64,000 nucleotides of DNA, taken from NCBI GenBank assembly GCA_963677925.2, contig CAXXYH010000003.1, positions 1,888,001 through 1,952,000 of the forward strand, read 5' to 3'. A program made the position numbers and the translations under genes. Each line of letters opens with the position of its first letter. Positions within the stretch are counted from its first letter, which is position 1. This stretch comes from Spirochaetia bacterium. Lineage in GTDB: Bacteria > Spirochaetota > Spirochaetia > UBA9216. The notes beneath the pieces are model-generated. The model did no database searches. It was not told the DNA's origin and worked only from the letters and a program-made list of their open reading frames with translations. Below are positions 50,030-60,332 of the stretch, one piece after another.

Positions 50030-52015
50030 ATGCTGAAAAATATTAGTATTGGTAAGAAACTGATTATTCTCGGGGTAATACTCCTTTCAATCCCCATGAT
50101 TCTTATAAGTTTTTTCTCACTGGACAGATCCAGCAAAGGACTAAAGAGCCTGGAGCAGGAACAGCTGATAATGCGTACAAAAGAACTGTCAACCTCAATC
50201 TACAATGTATTAAATACTGAAAAGAAAATTGTATTAGATATCGCAGCCGACGATACTCAGATTGAAGAGCTGGCCAGCGGATTAGATTATGACAGAATCA
50301 GCAAAAACCTTACCAGACAGAAAAACACGAAGGGGCTGGGAGAAAATTACGAAGTAATGCTGGTAACTGATCTCAATGCTGTTGTTGTTGCAGCATCATC
50401 GCCCGATTATATCGGGGTAAACCTATCTGACAGGCAGTACCTGAAAAAAGCCCTTCAAGGTGCTGCAAATATAGGACTTCCGGCCAGAAACAAGGTAACA
50501 GGGGAACCCTTTATACCGATGGCGGCACCTGTATATTCGAATGAGAGACAACTGCTTGGCGTTGCAGTGAATGTAATGTCACTTGATTTTCTATGGGAAA
50601 TTATCAAGGAATCAACTATTGGACTTACCGGGTATGCTTTTGTAACCGATGCATCGGGTCTTTTTATTAGTCATCCAGATACATCAATAATTTTTGAATC
50701 AAATATCGGACAGCTTGAAGGGATGGAGGAAATATATAGAAGATTTTCCCGACAGGAAAGCGGATATGAGAATTATATTTACAAGGGTATTCCAAAAACC
50801 GCCGGATTTGCTATAGTTCCCGAAACAAACTGGGGTGTTTTTCTGGCTCTTCCTGATTCCGAGTTTATGGCTCCTGTCAACGAGGTACGAACTACAATCC
50901 TGATTGTCGCTGCAGCTTCATTCATTGCAGCATTTATTGTGTATTTTCTTTTTGCCCGTTCAATTACAAAACAAATCAAAAAAGGCGTTAAATTTGCTGA
51001 GGAAATAGCAAACGGTCTGCTGTATACCACAATTGATGTGCATCAGAAGGATGAGATTGGAGTACTTGCCGACACTCTCCGGATAATGCAGCAGAAACTC
51101 AGCAGCGTAGTATCAGATGTTATAACTTCTGCTGCTGAAGTAACATCCGGGAGTATGCAGCTGTCTGAGAGCGCAGAGGAACTTTCACAGGGAGCTACGG
51201 AGCAGGCGGCAAACGCCGAAGAGGTATCGGCATCAATCGAGGAAATGAGCGCCAGTATCCAGCAGAATACCGATAATGCTGCCCAGACCGAACAGATTGC
51301 AACTCAGGCGGCACTCGATGCTGCTGAGGGAGGAGATGCGGTTCTTGAAGCGGTTTCCGCTATGAATGAGATTGCCCAGAAGATTAACATAATAGAAGAG
51401 ATTGCACGCCAGACCAACCTGCTTTCTCTGAACGCTGCAATTGAGGCCGCAAGAGCCGGTGAACACGGTAAGGGCTTTGCAGTTGTTGCTGCAGAGGTTG
51501 GAAAGCTTGCGGTAACCAGTCAGAAGGCTGCAGCGGAAATACTTGAGCTTGCTAACGAAAGCGTCAAAAAGGCCAATGACTCCGGCGAGAAAATTAAGGC
51601 GATCGTACCTGATATCAGAAAAACCTCCGATCTGGTCTCCGAGATAAGTGCTTCAAGCCATGAGCAGAACACCGGAGCTGCACAGATAACACAGGCTATG
51701 CTTCAGCTTGATCAGGTAATCCAGCAGAATGCAGCTTCTGCAGAGGAAGCATCATCAATGTCGGAAGAACTGACCAGCCAGGCCGAAATGCTCCATGAAA
51801 TGATAAGTTATTTCAAGGTGCATGGACCGGATGGCTACTCTTTGGAAAAAAAGGGACCTGATAAAATCGTCATCAGTGCAAAACCTGCCGTCAAAACAAC
51901 GGTAAAGCAGGTTAATAGAGAAGAGGCCCCCGGGGAAAAGCCCCCGGCAAAACCGGCGCTCCCTAAATCTGAATCAGTCAAAGACATTATTGACGAAGAA
52001 TTTGAGGATTTTTGA
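50030..52015 (+). CDS. MCP, dCache-HAMP, 34H-like, C-terminal EFEDF (tandem paralog)
   Basis: Colinear with 47962-49938 ([15 protein letters not shown]); MCP hairpin motif. Confidence 0.95.
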   Translation: MLKNISIGKKLIILGVILLSIPMILISFFSLDRSSKGLKSLEQEQLIMRTKELSTSIYNVLNTEKKIVLDIAADDTQIEELASGLDYDRISKNLTRQKNTKGLGENYEVMLVTDLNAVVVAASSPDYIGVNLSDRQYLKKALQGAANIGLPARNKVTGEPFIPMAAPVYSNERQLLGVAVNVMSLDFLWEIIKESTIGLTGYAFVTDASGLFISHPDTSIIFESNIGQLEGMEEIYRRFSRQESGYENYIYKGIPKTAGFAIVPETNWGVFLALPDSEFMAPVNEVRTTILIVAAASFIAAFIVYFLFARSITKQIKKGVKFAEEIANGLLYTTIDVHQKDEIGVLADTLRIMQQKLSSVVSDVITSAAEVTSGSMQLSESAEELSQGATEQAANAEEVSASIEEMSASIQQNTDNAAQTEQIATQAALDAAEGGDAVLEAVSAMNEIAQKINIIEEIARQTNLLSLNAAIEAARAGEHGKGFAVVAAEVGKLAVTSQKAAAEILELANESVKKANDSGEKIKAIVPDIRKTSDLVSEISASSHEQNTGAAQITQAMLQLDQVIQQNAASAEEASSMSEELTSQAEMLHEMISYFKVHGPDGYSLEKKGPDKIVISAKPAVKTTVKQVNREEAPGEKPPAKPALPKSESVKDIIDEEFEDF

Positions 52016-52022
52016 AATTGCG

Positions 52023-52799
52023 TCAGTAATCCATCATATATTCAAACAGGAAGGTTCCTTCATATGCGAAAGTTCTGTTGGCTGGACGGGGAGTCCTGTC
52101 CACCCAGGACTCCCAGCCCGGCAGTGTATCATCATAATAACGGGCTGAGCGTTCACTCTCTTCATATTGAATTGTGATCACACTGCCCGCCTCCCATTCC
52201 GTTCCCGAGGGAAAAAGAGCAGTGATGTCTGCTGAGAATTTACTCTGAGAACCATAGTTTACTGTTCCGGTAGAGTCAGTTCTTATCTCGGAATCTTCAA
52301 ACCCCAGGACTGTATCTGAAACAGTGTAGATCTCATATTCAGTTATAACACTGCCGTCGGCTGACTTGGAGTAAGAATCCCATCTGAATATTCCGCTCCC
52401 CTCTTCGGTTTCAACATAGGCATTCCCGAACAGGATATCCGTCAGAAAAACTGTAGTCTGAGATTCCGAACTGCTGCTCACCCAGGCCGATGTAACATCA
52501 TCCCATTGTTCATCCGCATCTATATCAAACACCATTGTCTGCGTATTATACGTATAAATCCCCCGCATCCCGCCAATCTGGGTGCCCGAGGCTTCATAAT
52601 CACGGGTTTCCATGGTACCGTCAGCGAAAACGTAATGAACCTGCTCTCTCTGATAATACACCCTGTCTTCTGTAAGATGTCCATTCTCGTCGACTTTTAC
52701 AAGTTTTCCATAACCGACATCCGGAAAAGAAACCGGACATGAGAAAATCAAAACAGCGGAAACAAGTACAACCGGAATTTTAATCATATAATTTTTCAT
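52023..52799 (-). CDS. Hypothetical lipoprotein
   Basis: Spirochaete-like lipobox VLIFSC; acidic, beta-rich. Confidence 0.7.
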   Translation of the reverse strand: MKNYMIKIPVVLVSAVLIFSCPVSFPDVGYGKLVKVDENGHLTEDRVYYQREQVHYVFADGTMETRDYEASGTQIGGMRGIYTYNTQTMVFDIDADEQWDDVTSAWVSSSSESQTTVFLTDILFGNAYVETEEGSGIFRWDSYSKSADGSVITEYEIYTVSDTVLGFEDSEIRTDSTGTVNYGSQSKFSADITALFPSGTEWEAGSVITIQYEESERSARYYDDTLPGWESWVDRTPRPANRTFAYEGTFLFEYMMDY

Positions 52800-53620
52800 A
52801 CATCACTCCCCCCTGTACCGCGCATGGCCGAAGGATTTGGAATACAGAAAAAATTTCCCATGTTCAGAAAAATCATCTGATAAATATCAAGATCATTGAT
52901 ATCCCAGGCTCCCCAGGAAGAGCTTATACTGTCATAGTCACGATCACGATCAAGCGTCTCAGCCAGATTAAAAATTACACGATTCCCGGTTTCCCAGCTC
53001 ACACCCTCAGGAAACATCCCCGAGACCTCACAATTCCTCTCAGAATTCCACCCTGATGTGAGAACTCCGTTATTATCATAACTTAGATCCTCTCTTTTAA
53101 GGATGTAAGTTTCAGAATCAATAGTCATCAGGTAGGAATCTGTATCATAACTCCCGTCATTGTACTCAACTAAAGTAGAAGATTCCCAGATATTATTCTC
53201 GCTATAGACAAAGGCATTACCGAAACATACAGTTGTAAAATACATAGTCCGTTCACTGGTTTCCGATATGTCCTCCCATGTATCCGTTGCCTGTACATAA
53301 TTTTTCAATTGTTTTTGAGTCATAACCATGGTCTCAGGATTCCAGGAATAGGTTCCGCTTTCACCTTCATCCCGTACATATTCCAGGTAAACAGAATCCC
53401 ACTCGTAGTTCTCATACAGATAATTTCCATCAGCATAGAAAACCTGAATTGCTCCGGAGAGGCTGTAGCTGATATCCTCTTTGAAATGGCCTTCTTCATC
53501 CGGCACCAGCATCTTTCCCATACCTATAACGCCGATATCAGAGTTGAATAAATCACAGGAAGCAGCGGCGAAGACGGCAATAAGGGCAATTAGATACAAT
53601 TTTCCTTTATTTTTCTCCAT
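52796..53620 (-). CDS. Hypothetical lipoprotein (paralog of 52023-52799)
   Basis: Lipobox FAAASC with start at ATG 53620; shared motifs; ATGA overlap. Confidence 0.7.
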   Translation of the reverse strand: MEKNKGKLYLIALIAVFAAASCDLFNSDIGVIGMGKMLVPDEEGHFKEDISYSLSGAIQVFYADGNYLYENYEWDSVYLEYVRDEGESGTYSWNPETMVMTQKQLKNYVQATDTWEDISETSERTMYFTTVCFGNAFVYSENNIWESSTLVEYNDGSYDTDSYLMTIDSETYILKREDLSYDNNGVLTSGWNSERNCEVSGMFPEGVSWETGNRVIFNLAETLDRDRDYDSISSSWGAWDINDLDIYQMIFLNMGNFFCIPNPSAMRGTGGSDV

Positions 53621-53767
53621 CTTAAACCCCGTTTTTTTATTTTTGTATACCGGTAAATATATCTCCATATCCCGGTTTTTCCTGCTGCCGGACTATATAA
53701 AAATTTGTCCAGAGATTGTGAAATTAGTATATTTAATATGCAGACATGCTTATATAAGGAGGATTTA

Positions 53768-54367
53768 ATGTCCTTTACTATTAACATTGGTGATTCCGCA
53801 CCGGATTTCAGCCTTACTGCAACAAACGGAAAAACATACAGCCTTGCAGATTTTGCACAGAATCCATATCTTGTAGTATTTTTCACATGCAACCACTGTC
53901 CCTATGTAATAGGCTCGGATGAGACGACAAGGCAGACCGTATTGAAATACAAGCCGCGGGGGGTTGAGTTTGTTGCAATTAATTCCAACAGTCCGAATAC
54001 CTACGAGGAAGATGATTTTGAGCATATGGTTGAGAGAATGGAAAAGAACCGCTTCCCATGGGTATACCTGCATGACAGGGATCAGCAGGTAGCACTTGAA
54101 TACGGAGCCCTGCGAACTCCTCATTTTTTTGTCTTTAACAGTGAACGAAAACTTGTATACACCGGCAGAGGGGTCGATAACCCGAGGGAAACTGACAAAA
54201 TGACAGTAAACGACCTTGAAGTAACTCTTGATTCGCTTATAAACAGCAGGGCAATTGAAATTGAGGTTACAAACCCTGTCGGGTGTAATATCAAATGGAA
54301 CGGAAAGGCTGCATCATGGATGCCCGCAGAGGCCTGCGATCTGGTTCCTCAGAATAAACGCCTATAA
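53768..54367 (+). CDS. Thioredoxin-fold AhpC/TSA-like protein
   Basis: [37 protein letters not shown]; ATG after AGGAGG. Confidence 0.9.
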   Translation: MSFTINIGDSAPDFSLTATNGKTYSLADFAQNPYLVVFFTCNHCPYVIGSDETTRQTVLKYKPRGVEFVAINSNSPNTYEEDDFEHMVERMEKNRFPWVYLHDRDQQVALEYGALRTPHFFVFNSERKLVYTGRGVDNPRETDKMTVNDLEVTLDSLINSRAIEIEVTNPVGCNIKWNGKAASWMPAEACDLVPQNKRL

Positions 54368-55546
54368 TTCCGCCTTCAGCACATCTCCAAGAGTTTTTAC
54401 TGCTGAGCGGATAACATCGGCCTCGCTCATAGTGAAATTAAGACGCATTGTCGCCAGGCCCGCTCCCTTCTCGGTGTAGAAGAACCTGCCCGGCACGTAG
54501 GCAACGTTCTGCGCAATAGCCTTCCAGTACGTCTTTTCGAGGTCCATGCCCCCAGGCCCCTCAGCCCATATAAACATTCCGCCTTCAGGTTTTGAGAAAG
54601 TGAATCCTGCAGGAAAAAATTCATCAAGAGCTTCAAGCATGGCCCTGTGTTTCGGCCGGTACAGTTCAATAATTCTTGGAATCTGTTCTTTAATATAGCC
54701 ACCCTCAAGATATTCGGCAGCTATAGCCTGACCGAGGGTTGAGCTGTGCAGATCAACGCCCTGCTTAATTATAATAAGCCATTTCTGGATGGACTCGGGG
54801 GCGGCACAGATACCCAGCCGCAGACCGGGTGCCAGAACCTTTGAAAGAGTCGTTATATATACGACATTTTCAGGTGCAAATGTCTTTATGGGAGGCAGAA
54901 CCTCGCCGGTATATCTGAGGTTACTGTAGGGGTCATCTTCAATCAGCAGAGCGCCGTACTTAATGATAATCTCAGCAATTGCTTTTCGTCGTTCAAGGTT
55001 CAGGCTGCGGCCCGTCGGATTCTGAAATGTAGGAACTGTATAGATAAATTTAATTTTATGATTTTTAAGTGTATTCTCCAGAGATTCGGGAATAAGACCG
55101 TCTTCATCCATCTCCATGCTTACAAATTCCGGCTGATAGGGACGAAAGGCCTGAATTGCGCCGAGATAGGTAGGAGCTTCAACGGCTATTTTATCCCCCT
55201 TGGAAATGCATACCATGCCCAGCGCATCAAGTACTCCCTGAGAACCGCTTTGAACGATAATCTGCTGCGGAGAAGCAGTAATTCCACGATCACCGAGGTA
55301 GCTGCTTAGAACTTCGCGCAGCGGAGCAAAGCCTTCGGTCAGATCATACTGGAACGCGGCTGGTCCGTATTTGGAGAGAACGCGGTCTGAAAGCTCTTTT
55401 ATAATCTCCATGGGAAAGCTTTCAGGTGAAGGAATGCCACCTGCAAGCGAAACCATTCCCGGCTGCCCGACAACCTTGAGAATTTCTCTTATGGCACTGG
55501 CTCCCATCGATTCAGTTCTTTCAGCGAGTATATTTGTAAAGTCCAT
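54362..55546 (-). CDS. PLP-dependent class I aminotransferase (LysN/MocR-type)
   Basis: [46 protein letters not shown]. Confidence 0.93.
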   Translation of the reverse strand: MDFTNILAERTESMGASAIREILKVVGQPGMVSLAGGIPSPESFPMEIIKELSDRVLSKYGPAAFQYDLTEGFAPLREVLSSYLGDRGITASPQQIIVQSGSQGVLDALGMVCISKGDKIAVEAPTYLGAIQAFRPYQPEFVSMEMDEDGLIPESLENTLKNHKIKFIYTVPTFQNPTGRSLNLERRKAIAEIIIKYGALLIEDDPYSNLRYTGEVLPPIKTFAPENVVYITTLSKVLAPGLRLGICAAPESIQKWLIIIKQGVDLHSSTLGQAIAAEYLEGGYIKEQIPRIIELYRPKHRAMLEALDEFFPAGFTFSKPEGGMFIWAEGPGGMDLEKTYWKAIAQNVAYVPGRFFYTEKGAGLATMRLNFTMSEADVIRSAVKTLGDVLKAEL

Positions 55547-55649
55547 GGTTCTCTCCTATTACAGACATGATATTTGAAATTTCAAATAAAGATCAAGCAA
55601 CAATACATAGAATAATGACGGGCACAGATTAATAATTTATAATCAGCCT

Positions 55650-56501
55650 ATGGATTATACTACTGCAATAGAAGAAAGAACCTCTGTACGAACCTTTGCC
55701 GAAAAAGCTCTTACAGAGAATGACATAAACCTAGTAAAAGATATTATCGATAGCTCTGCACAGCCTCCCGGATTTCTTGACTGTGAAATCAGTCTCAAAT
55801 TCATAGATCTGCAGAGTTCCGGGGTATCCCGGAGCAGCCGCCTGGGAACATACGGAATTATTAAAAATCCTCAGGGATTTATAGCTGCGGTATGCGGTAA
55901 TGATGAGTGTTCCATGCTGAAAACGGGCTTTGTGCTGGAAGATGCTGTACTCAGGCTCTCTGAGGCAGGAATAGGAACCTGCTGGCTGGGCGGAACGTTT
56001 AAACGTAAATCCTTCATGGAGGCGGCTGAATGCAGCGGCAACAATTTTATTCCGGTTGTTTCACCAATCGGTTATCCGGCGGAACGTAAATCTATGGCGG
56101 ATAAAATGGTACGCGGTGTCGCTCGTTCACATACACGAAAAAGCTGGGAAACCCTTTTTTTCTCAGCCGATTTTAATTCATCTCTGGAAAAGGAAACTTC
56201 CGCCGAACTCAGCGGACCGCTTCAGATGGTTCAGCTTGCCCCGTCTGCATCAAACAAACAGCCGTGGCTGCTGCTTGTTTCAGAGGATAAAAGGAATGTT
56301 CATTTTTACCTTGATGAAAATCCGGGTTATAATAAAAGCATTGGATACAGTATCCAGCACGTCGATATGGGAATTGCTATGTGTCATTTTGAACGGGGCT
56401 GTACAGATCTCGGGCTTTCAGGTAACTGGATTGCAACTAACCCTCTTCTCCCTCTGCCCCGAGACAATGTGAAGTATATTTCTACTTTCAGCCTGATTTA
56501 A
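55650..56501 (+). CDS. Nitroreductase family protein (two-domain)
   Basis: RTSVRTF, GIGTCWLGG, LAPSASNKQPW, DMGIAMCHF. Confidence 0.9.
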   Translation: MDYTTAIEERTSVRTFAEKALTENDINLVKDIIDSSAQPPGFLDCEISLKFIDLQSSGVSRSSRLGTYGIIKNPQGFIAAVCGNDECSMLKTGFVLEDAVLRLSEAGIGTCWLGGTFKRKSFMEAAECSGNNFIPVVSPIGYPAERKSMADKMVRGVARSHTRKSWETLFFSADFNSSLEKETSAELSGPLQMVQLAPSASNKQPWLLLVSEDKRNVHFYLDENPGYNKSIGYSIQHVDMGIAMCHFERGCTDLGLSGNWIATNPLLPLPRDNVKYISTFSLI

Positions 56502-57154
56502 TCGAAGCGTCCCAGTTTAACCGAAAGAACAGCAAGGCCGGAGGAAAGGTCTTCCCTCTGGACTACAACATCTTCGGGCACCTGGAGTTTGATTGGTGAG
56601 AAATTCCAGATTCCTTTGATTCCGGCGGCAATAAGGTTGTCCGCCGCTTCCTGGGCTGCTTCTCTCGGAACAGTGATAATTCCAAGTTTTACATGCATCC
56701 TCAAAGCTAGATCTTTAATCTGCTCGATAGGAAGTATTTTTTTTCCATGAATTGTTTTTCCGATAACTGAAGGAGAACTGTCGAATGCCGCGACTATATT
56801 CAGACCATGGTTCTGGAAACCGTTGTAACCCAGAAGGGCGGAACCCAGAGCTCCTGCTCCCATAAGAAACGCGTCAGTGAGATTATTCCAGCCTAAAAAT
56901 TTATTGATTGTAGAAATAAGTTCATTAACCTTGAAGCCTTTTTTAGGCTTCCCGATGATTCCTGTATGTGCAAGATCCTTTCTTACCTGTATCGGTTTAA
57001 GAAACAGAACTTCAGAAAAATCGGTAGTGGAAATCCACTCTTTACCTTCGCGCTCAAATTCTTCAAGTACTGTCAGATACAACGGCAGTCGTCTGACTGA
57101 AGGTAACGGAACGCTGGTTTTAAGGAACTCATTCTCATTCTCATTCTCATTCAA
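56498..57154 (-). CDS. rex: Redox-sensing transcriptional repressor Rex
   Basis: RRLPLY, QVRKDL, GAGALGSAL, GIWNFSP; TTG 57154 better spaced from GGAG than GTG 57163. Confidence 0.95.
   Translation of the reverse strand: MNENENENEFLKTSVPLPSVRRLPLYLTVLEEFEREGKEWISTTDFSEVLFLKPIQVRKDLAHTGIIGKPKKGFKVNELISTINKFLGWNNLTDAFLMGAGALGSALLGYNGFQNHGLNIVAAFDSSPSVIGKTIHGKKILPIEQIKDLALRMHVKLGIITVPREAAQEAADNLIAAGIKGIWNFSPIKLQVPEDVVVQREDLSSGLAVLSVKLGRFD
57128..57151 (-). repeat. In-frame hexamer tandem repeat (CTCATT)4 encoding (NE)4 at the Rex N-terminus
   Basis: ctcattctcattctcattctcatt. Confidence 0.85.
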
Positions 57155-57306
57155 TGTAGTCACTCTCCATCTAAGAAATCATATTCTAACATAGTCTTGA
57201 ATTTCGATCAATCTTGACATTTTTTGTTCATATAATGGTAAATAATACCATATCGATATATTTTTACCAAATTAATTCTGAGAATTCGAACTGAAAGAAG
57301 GCAAAA

Positions 57307-57900
57307 TCAGCCGGAAAGTCCGAAATAAGCCCCGATACCGGACAGAAGCATCTGTACGGCAAGCGTGGTAAGTATCATTCCCATAAGCCGTTCAATGGCC
57401 TTGAGTATCCTTGTTCCAAGAATCTTTCTAATCGAATCAGAAAGGACAAGAACTATAGAGGTGACAGCTGCGGCAATTATTATTGAAATTAAAATTGTAA
57501 CAAGTTTATCAGGATACTGAGCAGAAACAAGCATTACGTATGCAGTAGATGAAGGCCCGGCCAGCATAGGTACAGCGAGAGGAACAATGAGAGGATCATC
57601 ATCAAAACTCTCCTCCTTTCCCCCGGAACGGGCAGGAAAAATCATTTTCAATGCGATGATAAATAGAACGACACCCCCGGAAATATTGAGAGCAGCCTGC
57701 TCAATATGCAGTCCGTTGAGAATATGGCGTCCGAAAAAAAGAAAGAAAATAAGTATAACAAATGCGATCAGGCTTTCTCTGATGATAATCAAACGACGTT
57801 TTGCCGGAGCAAATTTACCGAGGATCCCGAGAAAAATAGGAATGTTTCCAAAGGGGTCCATAATGAGAATAAGAGTGAGTGCTACAGTATAAATATTCAT
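57307..57900 (-). CDS. MarC-family membrane protein
   Basis: IMDPFGNIP, VPLAVPMLAGPS, ERLMGMIL. Confidence 0.95.
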   Translation of the reverse strand: MNIYTVALTLILIMDPFGNIPIFLGILGKFAPAKRRLIIIRESLIAFVILIFFLFFGRHILNGLHIEQAALNISGGVVLFIIALKMIFPARSGGKEESFDDDPLIVPLAVPMLAGPSSTAYVMLVSAQYPDKLVTILISIIIAAAVTSIVLVLSDSIRKILGTRILKAIERLMGMILTTLAVQMLLSGIGAYFGLSG

Positions 57901-58008
57901 AGTCTAATCATGTATTAAATTCAATTTTAATAAAAGTCAAGGTTTTCAATTGGTTCTAAAACTGGTAGTATCATTGGGCACCACTTAGTATCTATCAGGG
58001 ATCATTAG

Positions 58009-60318
58009 ATGAGAAAACTATTTCTTAACATAATCAAGCATTCTACGCTGGTAATAATAATTACCGTGATTGTAACTGCTTTTTTCGGAATCAGCGCTCT
58101 AAAGCTGAAAATCGACCCGTCGATTGAAAACCTTATACCCGAACACAGCGAAGTAACTCAGCTGCTTCAGAAATACGGGACCGAGAGTTCTGCTGACGGT
58201 TATTTTATTGTTGCGATTTCGAGCGATGATCCGTTTACTCTTGAAGGTCTTCAGGCCTTTGATAAAAGTATCCATGAAATTGAAACCTTAACAGGAATCA
58301 GTAGAGGTATAACACCATTTAATGCAGTGGTTTTTACAAAATCCGGCCGTCAGCTGAAGGTAGGAACACTCTCACCGGAAAGCCGCGCACCTCAGTCAGA
58401 AGAGGAACTGGCAGACTTTAAGGAACTCCTGGTTGATAACCCATTCTACGCCGGTACGCTAATTTCCAGAGACGGAAAAACACTTAGTGCAGTATTCCCC
58501 AGCGAGCCGCTTACTGATGAAGCCGAAGTCTTTATGCAGGAATACAGCCTGATCAGAGCGGAACTTGAAAAATACTACCGTGTATACACAACCGGAGACG
58601 TTCCTATCTCAGATCGCAGCAATACATATCTGAGTAAAGATCTTGTAAAGCTCTTTCTTTTTGCCCTGGCCTTTATGCTCGTATCATTTTACTTCGGATT
58701 CAGATCAAAACGCTCGTTCCTTCTTCCTATATCAGTAGTCCTTGCCGGAACTGTATGGACTCTCGGTTTCATGGCCCTGATGGGTTATCAGCTTAACGTT
58801 GTCAGCCTTACAATTCCTCCGCTAGTCCTAAGTATAGGCAGCTCATACACAATACATATACTCAACCAGTATTACCGTGACGCACAGCCCGATCGAAAAG
58901 ATAAACTCTGGATCGTTGAGGCGACACTTCATATAAATAAAACAGTATTTCTTGCCTGTCTCACAACGGTAGTAGGCTTCATGAGCCTGTTGTTCACATC
59001 AATTGACCAGACCAAGGAATTCGGAATATCAACTAGTTTCGGTATCACAGCCTGTATGATTCTTTCCAGCTTCTACCTTCCTGCAATGCTGTCAAAAATC
59101 CGGCCTCCTACAGAGGACCAGAAGCAGAATGTCCTGACCGGAGTATTCGCTCAGAATATGGGGAAACTCGGTGACTTTGTTTACCGTTTCCGCTACATGG
59201 TTCTTGTTCTCTTTGCTGTCATTCTGGGGCTTTTCATCTACGCCTATCCGAGGATTCCCTCTCAGTCCGACTACATGTCCTACTTTCCGAAGGACGACTC
59301 GGTAGTACAGGAAACAAGCTATATTCTGGAGAATGTCGGCGGCTATCAGACCATGAATGTGACTATAACAGCGCCTGATAATGAAAAGAATTACTTCCTT
59401 CAGCCTGAGGTCCTGGAGCAGGTTTCAGATTTTGAACTTGAGATACTTGAGGATGCCGATGTGACTTCTGTGTCTTCAATCAGCTTTTATATCAGGGAGC
59501 TGAATTTTCTCATGAACGGTAAAAAGGAAATACCGAGTCAGAAAGGCCTCATCAGCCTGCTTTCGAGGTATCTCAAACTCATAAGATCTTCTGAGGATGC
59601 AAACGATACAATCAGGCAGATGACCAACGATGATTTCTCAAGAATCACACTGACATTTAAAATATACAACAGCCGGAATAACCGGATTCTTGCCGAAGCG
59701 GCACTGGGAGCTCTTGTTGACAGATTCAACATAAGCATGGATAAACACCTTAAGGACATGGACGTTGCTCTCTGGTCGGTTGATCTGAGATATCTTTACC
59801 TTTCAGAAATGCTTACCCGTGATCAGAATAAATCAATTCTCGCAGCAATTATCTTTGTGTTCATTATTGCACTGATTTATTTCAGAAATATAGGTTTTGC
59901 TGTTCTGACCCTGACGCCCCTTTTCAGCGGTCTGATGCTGAACTTTATCTGCATGGCCTTCCTGAAAATTCCGCTGGATATGACAACGCTGATGGTGACA
60001 TCGATTGTAATAGGTGTAGGTGTTGATAATGCTATTCACTACAATATTCAGTTCAAGAAGAACTTTGACCTGATAGGAAAAGTAAAAGAAGCGATTAATC
60101 TTACACATATGGAAGCCGGCCGGCCGATAATGCACACTACCATTTCAATAGTGGGCGGGCTGCTGTTTCTGGTTCTTTCCAGCTTCAGAGGTATTTCCTA
60201 TTTCGGCCTGCTTATCTGCTTCACACTGACATTTACAATGGTGGGGACCCTGGTGCTGCTTCCCGCATTTATCGGAAGTTTCTACAAAAACAAGGTCAAA
60301 ATCAATTCTGCTGAATAA
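58009..60318 (+). CDS. MMPL/RND-superfamily membrane transporter
   Basis: Two repeats of periplasmic loop plus TM bundle; LTTVVGFMSL, IGVGVDNAIH. Confidence 0.9.
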   Translation: MRKLFLNIIKHSTLVIIITVIVTAFFGISALKLKIDPSIENLIPEHSEVTQLLQKYGTESSADGYFIVAISSDDPFTLEGLQAFDKSIHEIETLTGISRGITPFNAVVFTKSGRQLKVGTLSPESRAPQSEEELADFKELLVDNPFYAGTLISRDGKTLSAVFPSEPLTDEAEVFMQEYSLIRAELEKYYRVYTTGDVPISDRSNTYLSKDLVKLFLFALAFMLVSFYFGFRSKRSFLLPISVVLAGTVWTLGFMALMGYQLNVVSLTIPPLVLSIGSSYTIHILNQYYRDAQPDRKDKLWIVEATLHINKTVFLACLTTVVGFMSLLFTSIDQTKEFGISTSFGITACMILSSFYLPAMLSKIRPPTEDQKQNVLTGVFAQNMGKLGDFVYRFRYMVLVLFAVILGLFIYAYPRIPSQSDYMSYFPKDDSVVQETSYILENVGGYQTMNVTITAPDNEKNYFLQPEVLEQVSDFELEILEDADVTSVSSISFYIRELNFLMNGKKEIPSQKGLISLLSRYLKLIRSSEDANDTIRQMTNDDFSRITLTFKIYNSRNNRILAEAALGALVDRFNISMDKHLKDMDVALWSVDLRYLYLSEMLTRDQNKSILAAIIFVFIIALIYFRNIGFAVLTLTPLFSGLMLNFICMAFLKIPLDMTTLMVTSIVIGVGVDNAIHYNIQFKKNFDLIGKVKEAINLTHMEAGRPIMHTTISIVGGLLFLVLSSFRGISYFGLLICFTLTFTMVGTLVLLPAFIGSFYKNKVKINSAE

Positions 60319-60332
60319 ATTTTGAATATTGA

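Noticed and set aside
43977-52015. Long repeated DNA suggesting a mobile element or misassembly
   Set aside because: Repeats are paralogous MCP genes with many synonymous differences; no transposase, terminal repeats or target duplications
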